64,000 nucleotides of DNA from the human T2T-CHM13v2.0 reference genome, Homo sapiens (GCF_009914755.1 NC_060931.1); one strand, 5' to 3'. Numbered from the stretch's first letter, positions 12,662 to 28,049 are shown. A program made the numbers and translations. The notes: generated from the sequence alone by a model not told the origin.

Positions 12662-13716
12662 TGTGTATAGAGAGAGCCTATTTGAGAAGTTGGGGAGAGG
12701 AAAGTGATGAGTTTGTCTTAGAGATGTGAGTTGAAGGAGTCTGGAGGTTTCTGATGCTGAGGCCAGCTGTGGTGCTAGGCTCCCACCAGGGCACTGCCGG
12801 CCTGTGCTCCTGCCCATGCTGGTTTTCCTTATTTATTACCCTCCCCTCCACTGCTACCTCAGTTTCCTTGGTGTGCCCAAATCCTGAGATCCTTCAAGGA
12901 CCAGATCCCCTCCCACCATGGCCTTGGGATGTTGTGCAGGCCATGTGGGCCAGGGCAGGAAAGAAGCCCCTTGTGGGCTCTCTCAGATGGCCAGAGGGGC
13001 CTTCTGCTTCCAGCCTCACCTCTGCAATGGCTACCTACATTGTATAAAGGAGGACTTTCATTTGTTTAACATCTTTTTTTTGTGCCAGCCGCTATGGTGG
13101 ATATGTGCCAGGAACTTACATGAGTGATCTCATTCAAGTGTCTTTTCCCTGGGATATGGGCAGAGGCTCCAGGAGATGGTGCCATGCAGCTCGGAGAGGG
13201 AAGCCAGGATCTGACCTAGGACTCTCAGATGCAAAGTGCCTTCTGCTGCCTTTCTTTCAAGCTGGCCACTACGTTGTAGCATGTGGGCATGGTCTCTGCA
13301 AAGACAAAACCCACTAGGCGGAGAGAGGGCAGATTCTCTAGCACATTTCTAGTGTTGATGCCCTAATGGGAGTACGGACCCTCATTGGGGATTCCATGAG
13401 TCTGAGAAGTGAAGGTGATTTGTTGACAGTTGCTCTCCCTGGGGTTAGTGAATGCAGTAGCTTTAAAATGCACTCTCGGAACTTGGCAGGCAGGGCAGGT
13501 GTGTCACTAGCAACCCACAGTGGGGAACGTGTGGATGAAGGATCGCTGGTGCATTGTGGAACCTGCCTCTGGGGCATTTCTCTTGAAGGAATCTCACCCC
13601 AGTAAGGTCAAATTGCAAACACGGGATCCTAGAGGGGCTAAATGAGGCAGTATTATGAACATTCTTTTGGAGATACGAAACAAAACAAGATCACAAACAC
13701 AGAATACGGTAGAGGC

Positions 13717-14200
13717 TTTTCTCTTTTCATAGTGTCTGTTTTTGTGTCCTTTTATATTTGAATTATTTTAAATTTGCTTACCTCTATCAGATTGATGGAT
13801 TAGCTTCAGTTCTTGTGGGTTGAGCCCTGCTGGGAGTTTGCTGATTCTTGAGTGTGATGAGTGCACTGTGGCCTTGTATTGATCAATTCTTTGTAGTTTT
13901 GAATCGCAAAATTAGGAGACCTGGAGGACATGAGAATACAGCATATTGCTAGTTCCAGAGAAAATGGGGAAGGGGAACAGATACTCCAAGAGATATTGCC
14001 TGAGAATTTTGTAGAGTTGAAATGCATCAATCCTCAGTTTTAGGGAGCACAGCAAGTTCTGAACAAGATAAGCCAAATGAATGGTTTTTTTCTTACTGAA
14101 TTCTTATACTGCAAATTGTAATTTGCAATATATACTCATTTCTTTCAAAGTGTCAAAAAACTCCTTATAATAAAAAAAATTAAAATTGTAAAAAAAAAAA
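13717..14200 (+). mobile_element. Orphan retroposed insertion (poly(A)-tailed, TSD-flanked, neither Alu nor L1 3'UTR)
   Basis: Direct repeat agaata(c/t)ggtagaggc at 13701-13716 and 14201-14216; AATAAA at 14169-14174; A-run from 14190. Confidence 0.8.
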
Positions 14201-15429
14201 AGAATATGGTAGAGGCACATATTACCCAGGGGTCAGGGTCTGAAAGGAGGGCACTGGGGAAAACCATGCTCACATTACCCCTGAAAATCTTTTAGTGGAG
14301 AGCAGCATTGGAAAATGACAAAGTGGCTCTCTAGAAATGCACCACTGCATTGCACAGTTTTATTTTTCCATACTTGGATGGGATCAGTATTTGTTTAGAT
14401 GATCTCAAATTGAAATTCGTGCCTGTGTTTAGAGACCAGCTATACTATAAATGCATGTGTGGAAAAAGCCAAATCTCCTTCTGGATGGATGCTGACACTG
14501 TGAGGGCCATGTGCAAATTAAGCCTGAATTGATGGAAAAAGTCCTTGAGGGACCGAAGTCCATTGTTAAAGTGATGGATGATACTATACATTTTATTTAA
14601 ATCATCCTTTCTTCTTTTGTCCCCCGCTCAGCATTCACATTATTGTCATAATCTCTACTGGAGGGCATTCTCTACTGGAAGGTGGCTGGTTCACATCTTG
14701 TGCTGTCTTCAGAGAATGGCTGGAAATAGTAATAATGTTAATGACAGTGGACACTTGGATATACATGGAAAATATTTAGTTTGTACTATTGAAAGCTGTC
14801 TTAAATTTGAGTGGGTACTTAACGAGAAATAGCTAGGTATCTTATGGACTATATATTATGAGATAGCAAATTGGCTATGTCCAACCTGATTTCTTTAAAA
14901 CAAGTCATAGGTTACCTATTGTAATTTTTTAAAATGCATCTACCCTAGACCACAGTAAACTCTATTGTGATTGAGATTGGGAGCTTAAATCAAACACCTA
15001 ACAATGCTACATTTGCTTCATCTTTTTTTGGGTGCCAGGCAACCTTAATGATTATCAGCGCACAGAGTGTTACCTAGCAACAAAGCCAATTTGCACAAAA
15101 GCAACCAGAATAAGATCATGTTTTAGGATGGTAGTCTTCAATTAGAGAAAGGGAAAACTGCAAACATCTGATTTAGATCCAACATGCTCCCTATTACTCT
15201 CCTGTATCACCGCTTGGTTTCCTTAATGTGTAGCTTCATTAAAATGTGACTTCAAGGGAGGTTGCATCCCTGCTAGAATCTTTAGAGTAAACATGTGTCA
15301 AGATTCAGATCATTACTGTTTTGCCCTTAATTTGGCCTAAAGAAGATAAGCATAGTCAAGAGAGGAACTTTGTTAGACCTTTAAGTCAGTGTGATGTTGT
15401 TATGTAGTTAACGTTACTACTTAGAGTTC

Positions 15430-16470
15430 TGGAGTTCACCATGCAACTCAGGTTGGAGGTACATTTGTTTGATAGTAATGAGATCATTGAGGGCATAAGT
15501 GAAGGAAGATTAGAAGAGGGGACAAAGCATTGATCCCTGGACACTCCAACATGGAGTGTATGGAGAGATGGGGAGAAAACAGCCAAGCAGGCAAGAAAGA
15601 GAAATCAGTAGCAAAGGTGGAAGACAAGGAAGTGAACCAAGTCCACTAATGGTGAGGGTGTGATCAGACCGTAAATGCTGTTGAGGGTCAAGTAAAATGA
15701 AGACTTAAAAAATGGCCTTTGGATTTAGTATGTGGAGGGCTCTAGTGACCTCTGGAAGAGCAATTTTAGTAGTGTGAAGGGAATGAAGGTCTTATTAGAG
15801 TCAGTTAAAGAAAGAGCGGAAGAAGAGAAATTGGCAGCAGCACATCTTAGGAGTTTTGCTGCAAAAAAAGCAAAGAAATATGATAGTGTCAAAAAGGAAA
15901 AGTGAGGTCAAGAGAAAAAATGCTCCTCTTCCATTCAAATAATTCAAAGACAGGAATCACAGCAGCATATCTGTACACAGATGAGAATGCCCCAGTAGAG
16001 AATGAATAATTGGATTGAGCTACAGAGCAGGTGGCTTGCTGGGACACTATTCTGTATGGGACAGGGGAAGGGATTTAGACAAGAGACAAGGGGTTGTCTC
16101 TCCTGAGAGCACAGCAGGCTCACTTACAATAGAAGGACCAAGAGCTGAGTCTGTGAGTACTTCCATTAGCTTCATTGTTTTTCAAGGTAGAGTGCATGCA
16201 CAGAAGGGATTATAAAGTTAACTAGTCAGAAGAGGATGCATGGAATTGAGAGCCTGGAGAAGATGTGTTTGTTAGAAATTACAAGGTCTAGGATGTAACT
16301 TGGTTGTGAGTAAATGGGATTGGTGGAGTGAAGGGAGGATATGCTACAACAAATACTAATAAAATCTCTAAGAATAATGATAAGAGTAGAGCTGAAGAAA
16401 GAGACAGTGCACAAGAGCAGATTCAGGGATGGGTAGATGACAACAGCAATGACAACAACACCCAACAGTG
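15430..16470 (-). mobile_element. L2 LINE fragment
   Basis: aatgctgttgagggtcaagtaaaatgaagact ... tttggatttagta ... tagtgacctctggaagagcaattttag are typical L2 motifs. Boundaries approximate. Confidence 0.7.
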
Positions 16471-18454
16471 GATGATATGCTCAGATGACCTGAGATTCAA
16501 GGCTGGGGGCTTCAGCAGAGGTGGGGAAGGTCACAGTGAGACAAAAGGAGACACCTGCCCCACATGGAGACCCAGTGAAGGAAAGAAACAGCAGTTATAG
16601 AACAGGATTTATGATGGGTATGTGTTCTGGCTCAAGCCTTTCTCTCCTGTCTTATCTGAGGTCATTGTATGGTTTTCCATGTATTTCAAGGACAGAATCT
16701 CTTTGTTCCTTGCATATGCTATTCTTTCTCCCCCAGGTCCTGGCAAGTGCTTTCCTCTTTTTTTTTTTTTTCTGGAACACACTGTTCAAGCATCCCCACT
16801 TCACTTACTCTCACTACCCATCTGACTGATTTCATATGCCACTGTCTCTGGAGTCAGAGGGAATCCCTATAGCTCCTGGGACTTTATCATTACCCTACTT
16901 ACCTATACTCTTATTATAATTTCTTGCCTGTCTTTTCCACTAGACCTTGAATTTCTTGAATCAAGGATAAGATTTGATTTATTTCTCTAGCCCTAGCAGG
17001 TGGCAGGTGCCAGGCATTGTAGGGGTTCAGTAAACATTCCTTGAATAAATGAATGGATGATTAAAGAGCAGCATCTGAAACACATTCTCTGGTGCATAAT
17101 TGGGTCATAATAGGAGAAAATATCTTTTCCTCCTTTCCCTGCTGCCTAGCAATGTTCTCAATTAGAGGATTATCCTGTCCTTTTGAGAAGGAATTTGGAA
17201 ATGTAACTTTGAAAAAATTATTTGCTTCTTTTTGATATGTATAAGATCAATAACTAGAAAAACACTAGCCTCTAAATAACTTTAAAATTAAAAAAAATTC
17301 AACAGATTAAAAACTTCTGGCCAGTGTTTACAAATTGCTGTCTTCTTTAATTTTTAAGTCCACTCTAAGCATATGAACAATGCCCAGAAACCAGCAGAGT
17401 GGAAATGACTGGGCTTTGCAATGGGGTTCTCTTCCTGCTGCAATGATAGGTGTTCAGACATTGTTTTGCTGACCCTGGCCAATGCCTCAGTGGCTTAGAG
17501 TCCTAGGAATGTGTCATTCTGTACAAAATAAGTCAAGGACTTTTACTTCCATTGACCTTAGTGGATATTATATTCACTGATTAAAATGCCATGAGTGCTA
17601 ATTATCTTCAGCCTCCATGCCTGGTTCTGGGAAAACAGACATAATAAGTAAAGGGGCTTGTTCTTGGGGAAGCCCCAGTCCATGTGGGGGGTGAGACACT
17701 TAACAGGTACATATGATACGTGTCACAGGGACCCAGTGGATGCCAGTGTGTATTCTGGCTTCAGAGTGCTAGTGGTTAAATGCAGTTCTTCCACTTAGAA
17801 AGCTTTTAACAATATATGCTATCTCTCTCTTGGGTTTTCCAAATACAATGTGGTTCTAATAATGAGAAGACCCTCATTTGGAGGTTATGTGGATTATAAT
17901 AATTTATACACACAAAGCACTTAGACTAGTAGTACCCAGTGTATGATACATGTCTAATAAATGTTAAATATGATTATCTAGGCTTGGAGCTAACATTTAA
18001 AAAATAAAATAAAGTGACTGGGATTTCCTCTGTAGGAAAGCGTTTATGAAATGAATGAATGATATTCTTCAGAATTATAGATTCTACAGTATTGTGATGT
18101 GATAGAAAGTTCTACTTTAAGTTGGACCTCTCCAAGACCAATAACTCACCATCTCCTGTGAGCTTCCCATAGCATGTTGATTATACTTCATCTGTAACAT
18201 TTATCTCATTGTGTCCTAATTGGATATATACACATGATTTATCTAGATAACTCTGATTTCCTGCAGAAGGACCTGTGCTTCGTTGCTCTTTGATGCCCCT
18301 ACCTTTATACCCAATATGCAACCAGCACCTATGATGCTATAGACCATTTGTGCAATCTTGCAAGAATTTATAAAATACACATGAATGAAATACCCTCATC
18401 CTCACTTCCTCCACCCTATCATTATTACCTACTGCTCTTGGCTTCAAGAATTTT

Positions 18455-18457
<3 letters not shown>

Positions 18458-18489
<32 letters not shown>
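18458..18489. repeat. (AC)16 microsatellite
   Basis: Perfect dinucleotide run seen directly. Confidence 0.95.
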
Positions 18490-18491
<2 letters not shown>

Positions 18492-20395
18492 TGGGGAGCA
18501 AAATTGTCCATAAAATGTGTTTGTATATTGAAATTCAAAGTGCATCAGGAAAACAGGCCTCCACTAAAAACAGAAGTAAAAATACAGAGTGAACCAGATC
18601 GGTCAGTTTAATGCTAACCAGTTGCATAAGATATAATAGAGAGCAGGCCCCAGCTTCTTTGCATAAATTTGATTGTAGAAGCATGGTTGGTCCCTTTTGC
18701 TTACATCTTGTTTGACACCTGTGTAGTGAAGGTTCTGTGAAGGACTGCACAGGTGGGGACAAAGTGCAGGGGGCCAGAAGCGTTCCTGAAGTTCAATGCC
18801 AGGTGTATGAAGAGGAGGTAGGCTTCCAGCTTGCTTAGGGTGCACAATGAGGCAGCAGCGTGGGGCCACCCCAGAGGGTACCATAGACATCCCAAGTAGT
18901 ACCAATGGAAGAAATGAAGAAGGAGGGGTTTGGGGTTGAACACAGAAAGGTAACCAGAACATGCACGTTTGAGAACATCTGACATCTTACTGACTTGTTT
19001 TCTTGTCTATTTGTCTTCTCTGCTGACTGATCTCTGGTTAATGTGCTAAGTTTAATAGATCGACCTCCTCTGCTAGATTGGAATCTCGCAGCTGGGAATG
19101 TGTTGGGAGATTGCAGGGCTAGGCAGTTACCTGGTGAAATGGAAACATTTGTCTTCCTCCTTCCAATAGGGTGTTGTCCACACTGGGAACACATGAAAAA
19201 CAGGAGCATAAATTATTACTATAAATTTAGGTTGAGATTTAACCAGCAGAAAATGCACTATAAGACTTGGATGAAACATTAAGTGCACAGAGTGAACACT
19301 AAACCCTAAGAAGTGGGCTTGAACTCTTTCTAGTTCAGGATGGGAAGTATTTACATTAAATATTTACTTAGTCATCAGGCAGAAAATGGGATTCACCCAA
19401 TTCTTTGCTTGGAATTCTGGAATGTTCCAGGCCCCAACTATTCTTGAAGCTCAACTGTCTGGAACATGTCAAATCCTCTTCTGCCTGTCTAGCCTTCTCT
19501 CTGGCTGCAAAATGGCACCATGACTTCAGCTGCTGGCTATCAGGAAGGTAGAAACATGCCTGCAGCTCCGAGGAGACACTCCACTTTGGTTTGAGTGGTC
19601 AAGGGAAGGTTTCAGGAAGGCATTGTTTAAACTGGGTTTGTAACAATGAGTAAGATGGTAAATAGGTGATGAGGGCAGTAAGTATTCCTGTAGAGTTAAC
19701 AGGGCCACAGTGGTGAGGGAAGTTATTTGTGAGAAAAGAGAGTGGATCCCTGGAAGAGGGGTAAAGTTTCACATGGGGAAGGCTTTGCACTGGGTATCTG
19801 AGATCTGGAACTCCTAAGACTGAAAGATCCCTGCAACGGAACAGGACACTTGTTCTTACATTAATAGCAAATGATAATTTATACTTTGCACGTGGCATTT
19901 CACTGGAACATCTGCATTAATCAGGAAGGTCGGGTGATCCAGATTTAGTGGACAGTGGCCAGGGAGTGAAGGGCTTCTCTGCTGAGCAGTAGAGCTGGGC
20001 CTGCCTTGCTTCTTCTGACCACACTGGTACATCAGCCATTCCACCATACTCCATACCCTGTAGAGGGATGCAGGGCCCTCCCTGGCAGAAGGTATGAGTG
20101 AAATGAGAGACATGCTTCTCCAGAGAGGAGACAATGCAAGCATTTCCAAGCACAATTCTGGGCAGATATTGCTGGTCTGCATCACGGTTGGTGTCCCTTG
20201 GCGTGGTTCCATCTGAACCTGAAGAAAGTCAATGCTGCTCTGGTGAGACTCACGTGTGTGTAGCATCCACACCTCTGTGATATATTTGTGGTTTATAACG
20301 ATTTCAGCCACTGTTAGTCATTATTTCTGGAGTGAAATTAGAAGCAAAGTTTTAAGGTGTTCAGGGAGAAGAGTGATGTTTTCTTCTAATTTCAG

Positions 20396-20592
20396 AACTC
20401 TTCAGGATGTGGACTTAACTCAGCATCAGCACAAACAGACCCGAGCTCTGTCTGGAGGCCTGAAGAGGAAGCTCTCCCTTGGCATTGCTTTCATGGGCAT
20501 GTCGAGGACCGTGGTTCTGGATGAGCCCACCAGTGGGGTGGACCCTTGCTCCCGGCATAGCCTGTGGGACATTCTGCTCAAGTACCGAGAAG
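20396..20592 (+). CDS. ABCA13: ABCA13 coding exon, NBD1 ABC signature (LSGGLKRKL), Walker B and D-loop ([11 protein letters not shown])
   Basis: Acceptor ttcttctaatttcag| and donor GAAG|gtaggc; 197 nt, phase 2-1. Colinear with ABCA1-type NBD1 motifs. Confidence 0.98.
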
Positions 20593-22975
20593 GTAGGCAC
20601 TGGGCCTCATTCTGCCTTCTCTTCCCACAATATTGTGTTGCAGGAAATGCATTGCTACTGTACAGTAGAATCAAGTTGTATCCCAGTGAGGCTACATTAT
20701 CCTTTTCAGAAAAATATAAATTTTTAAAAGCACTTATAGGGATATATTCGTTAGATAACATCTCTATAGTGCTTAGAATTGCTTACTTTGTGTTTGACCT
20801 TTTAACTCAATAACAGCAATGACATCTATGTACATTATACATTATCATACATGATTTCAAGGAAAATTGTCTTCTTCTGGAAGCATAGTTTCTTAGAAGA
20901 GGCATCCCAGATCATAGGACAAGCCTCCCTTGTCTCAGATGAAGAAATGAAGGCTCAGAGAGACGGGCATGTGATTTACTTGTAGCTACAGAGAAAGTTT
21001 CCTGAACTGAGGGTGGATGTTGAACCTCTTGTCCATGTTTCTCACATCTATTATTGTTTCTTTCCAATTTAGGACATTTGATGGGCAGTTACTAATTTCC
21101 AACTTCTGATTCTTTCTGCAATCCTGACAGCTAGGAAGCATTGTTCTATGTATTTTCTGTGAGAATACTCCCTTTTGGAAAGAAACATTGCAACAGTAAA
21201 ACACATCTTGGTGCTGGTAAATAAGTGTAGAGGCATCAGTGGCAGGATTAATACAGATTCTCATAAAATGTTATTTTGCTTTTTCTTTTGCCTTTTGAGT
21301 ATAAATTTTCTTCTGACTTAACCTAAAGTCTCCATTTCCCTGGAGGTGAACTAGGATTTGCAAAGGAAGAAATAAAGGAAAAATAACAAGAAAGAGTCCT
21401 TCTTTTTCTTAGCATATAGAGGGCTGAGGCCAGAAGTCTTGGACCATCAAATTCTATCTTTGGAGTAGAAAAGGTACTCCAGTCTGTCACTTAAAGCTTA
21501 ACCATAGGCTGGAGTCAGAAAGGAGAAAAATAACAAAAGGGAGCATAGAAGATCAATCTGTTTCTTTCTGTCCCACAATTTTGTTGGAATTATGGAAGGA
21601 GAAGATAGATAGAAGTGGGAAAATTGAGCAAGCAGATGTGACTTTTTGTTCCACTCTGGGCTTTGGCCTGGCCTGGGCAATTGCACTAGAAAAGTGCAGG
21701 CCACATCTGCGGTGCTGGCTCCTCAATCATGGTGCAGCCACATCGGAGTTCACGAGGCTCAGCAGAAATCCAGGTCCCAGTGAGGCACTGAGGGCTGGTA
21801 TTCCCTACCTTTTCATGCCCATGAACTTTGACATTGAAAGACAGGGCTTGCTAGGCATGCTGCCATGGAAGTAGGGGACCCCTTGGAGCTAGCTGGCTGG
21901 AAGCCAGGGCAGAGATTCAGCCGTCTGCAGTCAGCAGGACCTACTGTGAGGCCTAGACAGCCTGGGAGCACTCTGCTCTGGCCTGACCCCTTTGGAGTCC
22001 AAGCTACAAATGCCAAGGTGGGGAGGCAGGCAGTGCCATGTGGTTTTGGTTGACACCCAGACACCAGATGACCCTGACCACATTGCACCCAAAGATTCGA
22101 ACCCTTCCCCGTTGCCACAAGATCAAGAAGACTCCTGACTCCATTTACCTAAGTGTCTCTTGGGGAAAGACATAGAAAGGGCAGACATGGGATACTGACC
22201 ACCACTTCAAAAGATTGATTAAATTTTGAGATGCAACGATTTAAACTGGACGAAACAATTTGCGCACTACCCTGGCTGGGGACTGATGCGGAAGATCAAT
22301 GGGAGATAGACAAATAGATAACATTGTCTCTGCACCTGTGAATTGTGGTGCAAATTAAATACCACAAGCCCACTACTCTTGTTTAGTTTAAAAATTAGAG
22401 CTGGAGTCTCAAAGGTTTAGCTGACAGAACATTTTTGTAATGAGCACAAAGGTTATTTTAGACAGAAAAATAGATACAATGAAAGTCTCAGAAACAGACA
22501 GTTTTCTTCAGTTTCTGTTGTTACAAACCAAATATTTTCTCACTGTCCTTCGTTGTTTAGCAATTTTTTTTGTCTTTGGAGGACTTTTTTGAAATCATCC
22601 CTGCACTGACTGAAGTGCAAAATCAATAGTATGTAAGCGATTAGATAGGCGGTATTGGAAGAAAAATGTGTTTTCAAGAATCAAAATGTATAGCCATTTC
22701 TGAAGCAGCCCAAACCTCTAGGTAATCATAGAGCTCTGTGAGACAGATCTAAGGACTGTGCAGAAACAAACACTTCCTTCTGAGAAGAAAGAGCTCTTCT
22801 GTCGGAATACCAGTGCAGTGGGGGCTCAGTCTACCTGGAATTTTGTGTGTGTTTCTTGCTTAGTTATGTACAGTGAGGGCTCTTGATCAGCCCTGGTACC
22901 AGTATTTCTGTGTCTCCCATGGAAAAATAAATAAGGAAGCAAAAAATACCGGTGAAAACTGGCACATCTCAACTA

Positions 22976-23716
<741 letters not shown>

Positions 23717-23904
23717 TTAATTGAAATTCTTTGGAAGTTTATTCATTTATTTATTTTCCCAGCTTCATTAAAGTATAATTGACAAATGAAAATTGTGTAT
23801 TTGTGGTGTATAGAGTGATGTTTTGATACACTGTTGACTCCTTATATCCATGGGTTCTGCATCTATGGGTTCAAACAACCTCGGATCAAAAATATTCAGG
23901 GAAA

Positions 23905-24198
<294 letters not shown>

Positions 24199-24267
24199 TT
24201 TTCAGGGAAAGAAAGCCAATAAGAAATAATAATACAGCAATAAAAATAATACAAATAAAAATAATAG

Positions 24268-24531
<264 letters not shown>

Positions 24532-25399
24532 TATAACAACTATTTAAATGGTATGTACATTATATTATTAATAGGTATTATATGTAATCCAGAGATGATT
24601 TAAAGTATATGGGAGGATGTACTTAGGTTATGTGCAAATACTACCCCATTTTACATAGGGATTTTGGTATCTTCAGGGGTCTTAGAACCAATGCTCCACA
24701 GATACCAAGGGACAAATGTATGTATACATTGTGGAATGATTAAATCAAGCTAATTTACATGTGCATCACCTCACATATTTACCCTTTTGTTGTTGAGGGC
24801 ACTTAAGATCTAATCTCAGCAATTTTCTGGTATATAATGCATTATTACTAACTGTAGTCACCATGCTGTACAATAGATCTCTAGAATTTGTTCATCTTGT
24901 GTCACTGAAACTTTGTATCCCTTAACTAACATCTCCCTCCTTCTCCTCCCTCCCTGCTCCCTGCCCCGCCAGCTCCTGGCAACAACCATTCTACTCTTTG
25001 CTTCTCTTTTGGGAATTTAGATTCTAGTTGACTTTTATTTTTAGACTTCATTGTATGGGAATGTATCATCTGAACTACATGATAGCTCTAGTCAGATGAT
25101 CTAAACTGCCTTTAATCCTAGATCAGGGATTAAGCAAATTTTCTTAGCCTCAAAGGTCTAACATGCAAGGAGCTTGGCCTTGGGTGTGGGGACAGGGACA
25201 TACATGTGCAAGAACTGGTCATTGTGGACCTTCAAGCTCTATTGCTTTTGTGTCTACGTTCCATAGTTTATTTGTAAATGCATCTTTTTTTTAATGTATT
25301 GAAAGTCTTAGTCTTTTAAGGTGTCTCCTCTATTATTGTTATTTTTTCTACTTGCATTTTGTTTTTAATTGACACATGATAATTGCATATGTTTATTGT

Positions 25400-25722
25400 T
25401 TTGATTTTTTTACTTACATTTTAAATTCAGGGGTACATGTGCAGGTTTGTTATGTAGGTAAACTTGTTTCTTAGGGGTTTGTTGTACAGATTATTGCATT
25501 GCTCCGGTATTAAGCCTAGTACCCATTCATTATTTTTCCTGATCCTCTCCCTCCCGGCTCCCTCCACCATCTGGTAGACCTCAGTGTGTGTTGTTCCCTC
25601 TATGTCTCCATGTGTTCTCATCACTTAACTCCCACTTGTAAGTGAGAACATGCGGTGTTTGGTTTTCTGTTCCTGCATTAGTTTGCTAAGCATGATGGCC
25701 TTGAGCTCCATCTACATTCCAA
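25400..25722 (-). mobile_element. Older L1PA 3' end inserted in an L1MA 3' fragment (host ~25360-25815)
   Basis: ttcaggggtacatgtgcaggtttgttatgtaggtaaac...gtgagaacatgcggtgtttgg. The host resumes at ttatgggttacagtgtgatgttttga. Confidence 0.85.
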
Positions 25723-26509
25723 TTATGGGTTACAGTGTGATGTTTTGACACATGAACACGTTGTGTAATGATCAAATCAGGGTAATTAGCATATTCACAA
25801 CCTCAAACATTTACTTGAGTAGAGTTAAAGACATGTTTAGCCTTCTCTCTTTGAAAATTTACCTTTGGAACAAGAATCAGTCAATGAGTTTCTTTCTATT
25901 TAATAAAACGGAACAGGTTGAATGGGGCTCAGTGAAAGCCAATAGGGAGTGTCGAAGCTAAAAGCAGCAACATCTTTTTACATAACTGAATCAACTTCAC
26001 CAAAATATCTTCTAGTTTCTTTGGCCTCTGCTCTGCTAAAGCTAAATCTGAGGCTTCTTCTTTACAAGCAAAAGTCGTAAAACTTGACAAGATGCTAGAA
26101 TGCTTAGAGAAAACATTTGAATTTAATATTGGTTTCTGCCAAAGGAAGCCATGCCCACTGGGCTCACTGATGACTTTCCTGCCAGGAACACCCAAGTCCC
26201 CCTCCACCCTGGCTCCCTGTGTCCATCACCCACAACATACTCTCCTCTCTGTGGTTCATGGCTACTGTGAGCTTTTCCAGGAAGGCATTGCATGTTCTGA
26301 TGCTGCTACTTGGAATAATGAATACATGTGGTTACATCATCCCTGATTCCAAAGGGTATCAATGTATACCATGGCCATTTCAGACCTCTTTTTTATCACT
26401 GATTTCTGCCTTAACTCAGTGCTATGATTTTCTTATTCAATTGCGCTTCCATAAAATATAGCCTTCTCCCTACATACATCTCCCTTGTCATCCAAAGAAG
26501 AATGAGGAG

Positions 26510-26905
<396 letters not shown>

Positions 26906-27232
26906 TCAGTGATCTGCTTCAAAGACAGAGAGAACAGGGGGCTGTGCACAAGCACTCTGTTTTGCCCCCCAGTTTCACTCTCCGTGCCTGGCAGAGCACC
27001 CACTTTTGTTCATGGGGGTGGGGATGGGAGATCCGTGGAAACTACTGTAGAGGAAAGAGTTTCAGGGCCTCGAATTGGCAAAGTGGCCAGGACGCATTTC
27101 AATTTTTTTCAGTTTGAAAATTGGTGAGGATCTTTAAATTGTGCCCTGGATCTACCATCCTGAGGAAAGGAGGGAAGGTCCTCCTGGGGCCTTTGTCCTC
27201 CTGGTGCTGATGCACCCTGTGCTTGGACCCAG

Positions 27233-27390
27233 GTCGTACGATCATCTTCACAACCCACCACCTGGATGAAGCTGAAGCGCTGAGTGACCGCGTGGCCGTC
27301 CTCCAGCATGGGAGGCTCAGGTGCTGCGGTCCTCCCTTCTGCCTGAAGGAGGCATATGGCCAGGGGCTCCGCCTGACACTCACGAGGCAG
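27233..27390 (+). CDS. ABCA13: ABCA13 coding exon, NBD1 H-loop ([33 protein letters not shown]...)
   Basis: Acceptor gacccag| and donor CAG|gtaagg; 158 nt, phase 1-0. THHxDEA motif. Confidence 0.98.
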
Positions 27391-27682
27391 GTAAGGAGTG
27401 CAACCATTCTATCTCACTGAAGTCCCATTTCTGTCTGTGGCATAAGAAACAAGTGGTGACAGTTACATAGTAATAACGTCTCAGTGGAGGCCTTCTGTGC
27501 ACAATGGCCCACATGCCAAAATAAGTGGCCCCAGGCCTGTGCAGGGAGCAAGCCTCTGGGAACCCAAGCATGCATTTTGACCGCCAGGAGAAAATACATG
27601 AGGAGTCAGAATTACCTGATAGATAACAGGAGCTGCTGTGAGTGTCAGGGCCAGGAAGTATATGACCTATGTATTCTAGAAA

Positions 27683-27690
27683 TTCTTTTC

Positions 27691-27770
<80 letters not shown>

Positions 27771-28049
27771 TTTCTTTCTTTCTTTCTTTCTTTTTCTTTC
27801 TTTCTCTCCTTTCCTTTCCTTTCCTTTTCTTTTTCTTTCTCTCCTTTCCTTTCCTTTCCTTTCCTTTTCTTTCTCCCCTTCCCTTCTCTTTCTTTCTTTC
27901 TTTCTCTTTCTTTCCTTTTCTTTTCTTTCTCCCCTTCCCTTCTCTTTCTCTTTCTTTCTTTCTCTTTCTGTTTCTCTTTCCTTCCTTTCCTCCCTCCCTC
28001 CTCCTTCCTTCCTTCTTTTCTTTTCTTTTCTTTTCTTTTCTTTTCTTTC
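27683..28049. repeat. Compound (TTTC)n/CT-rich polypyrimidine tract, 367 nt
   Basis: Only C and T except one G at 27970; about 19 perfect TTTC units at the 5' end. Confidence 0.97.
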
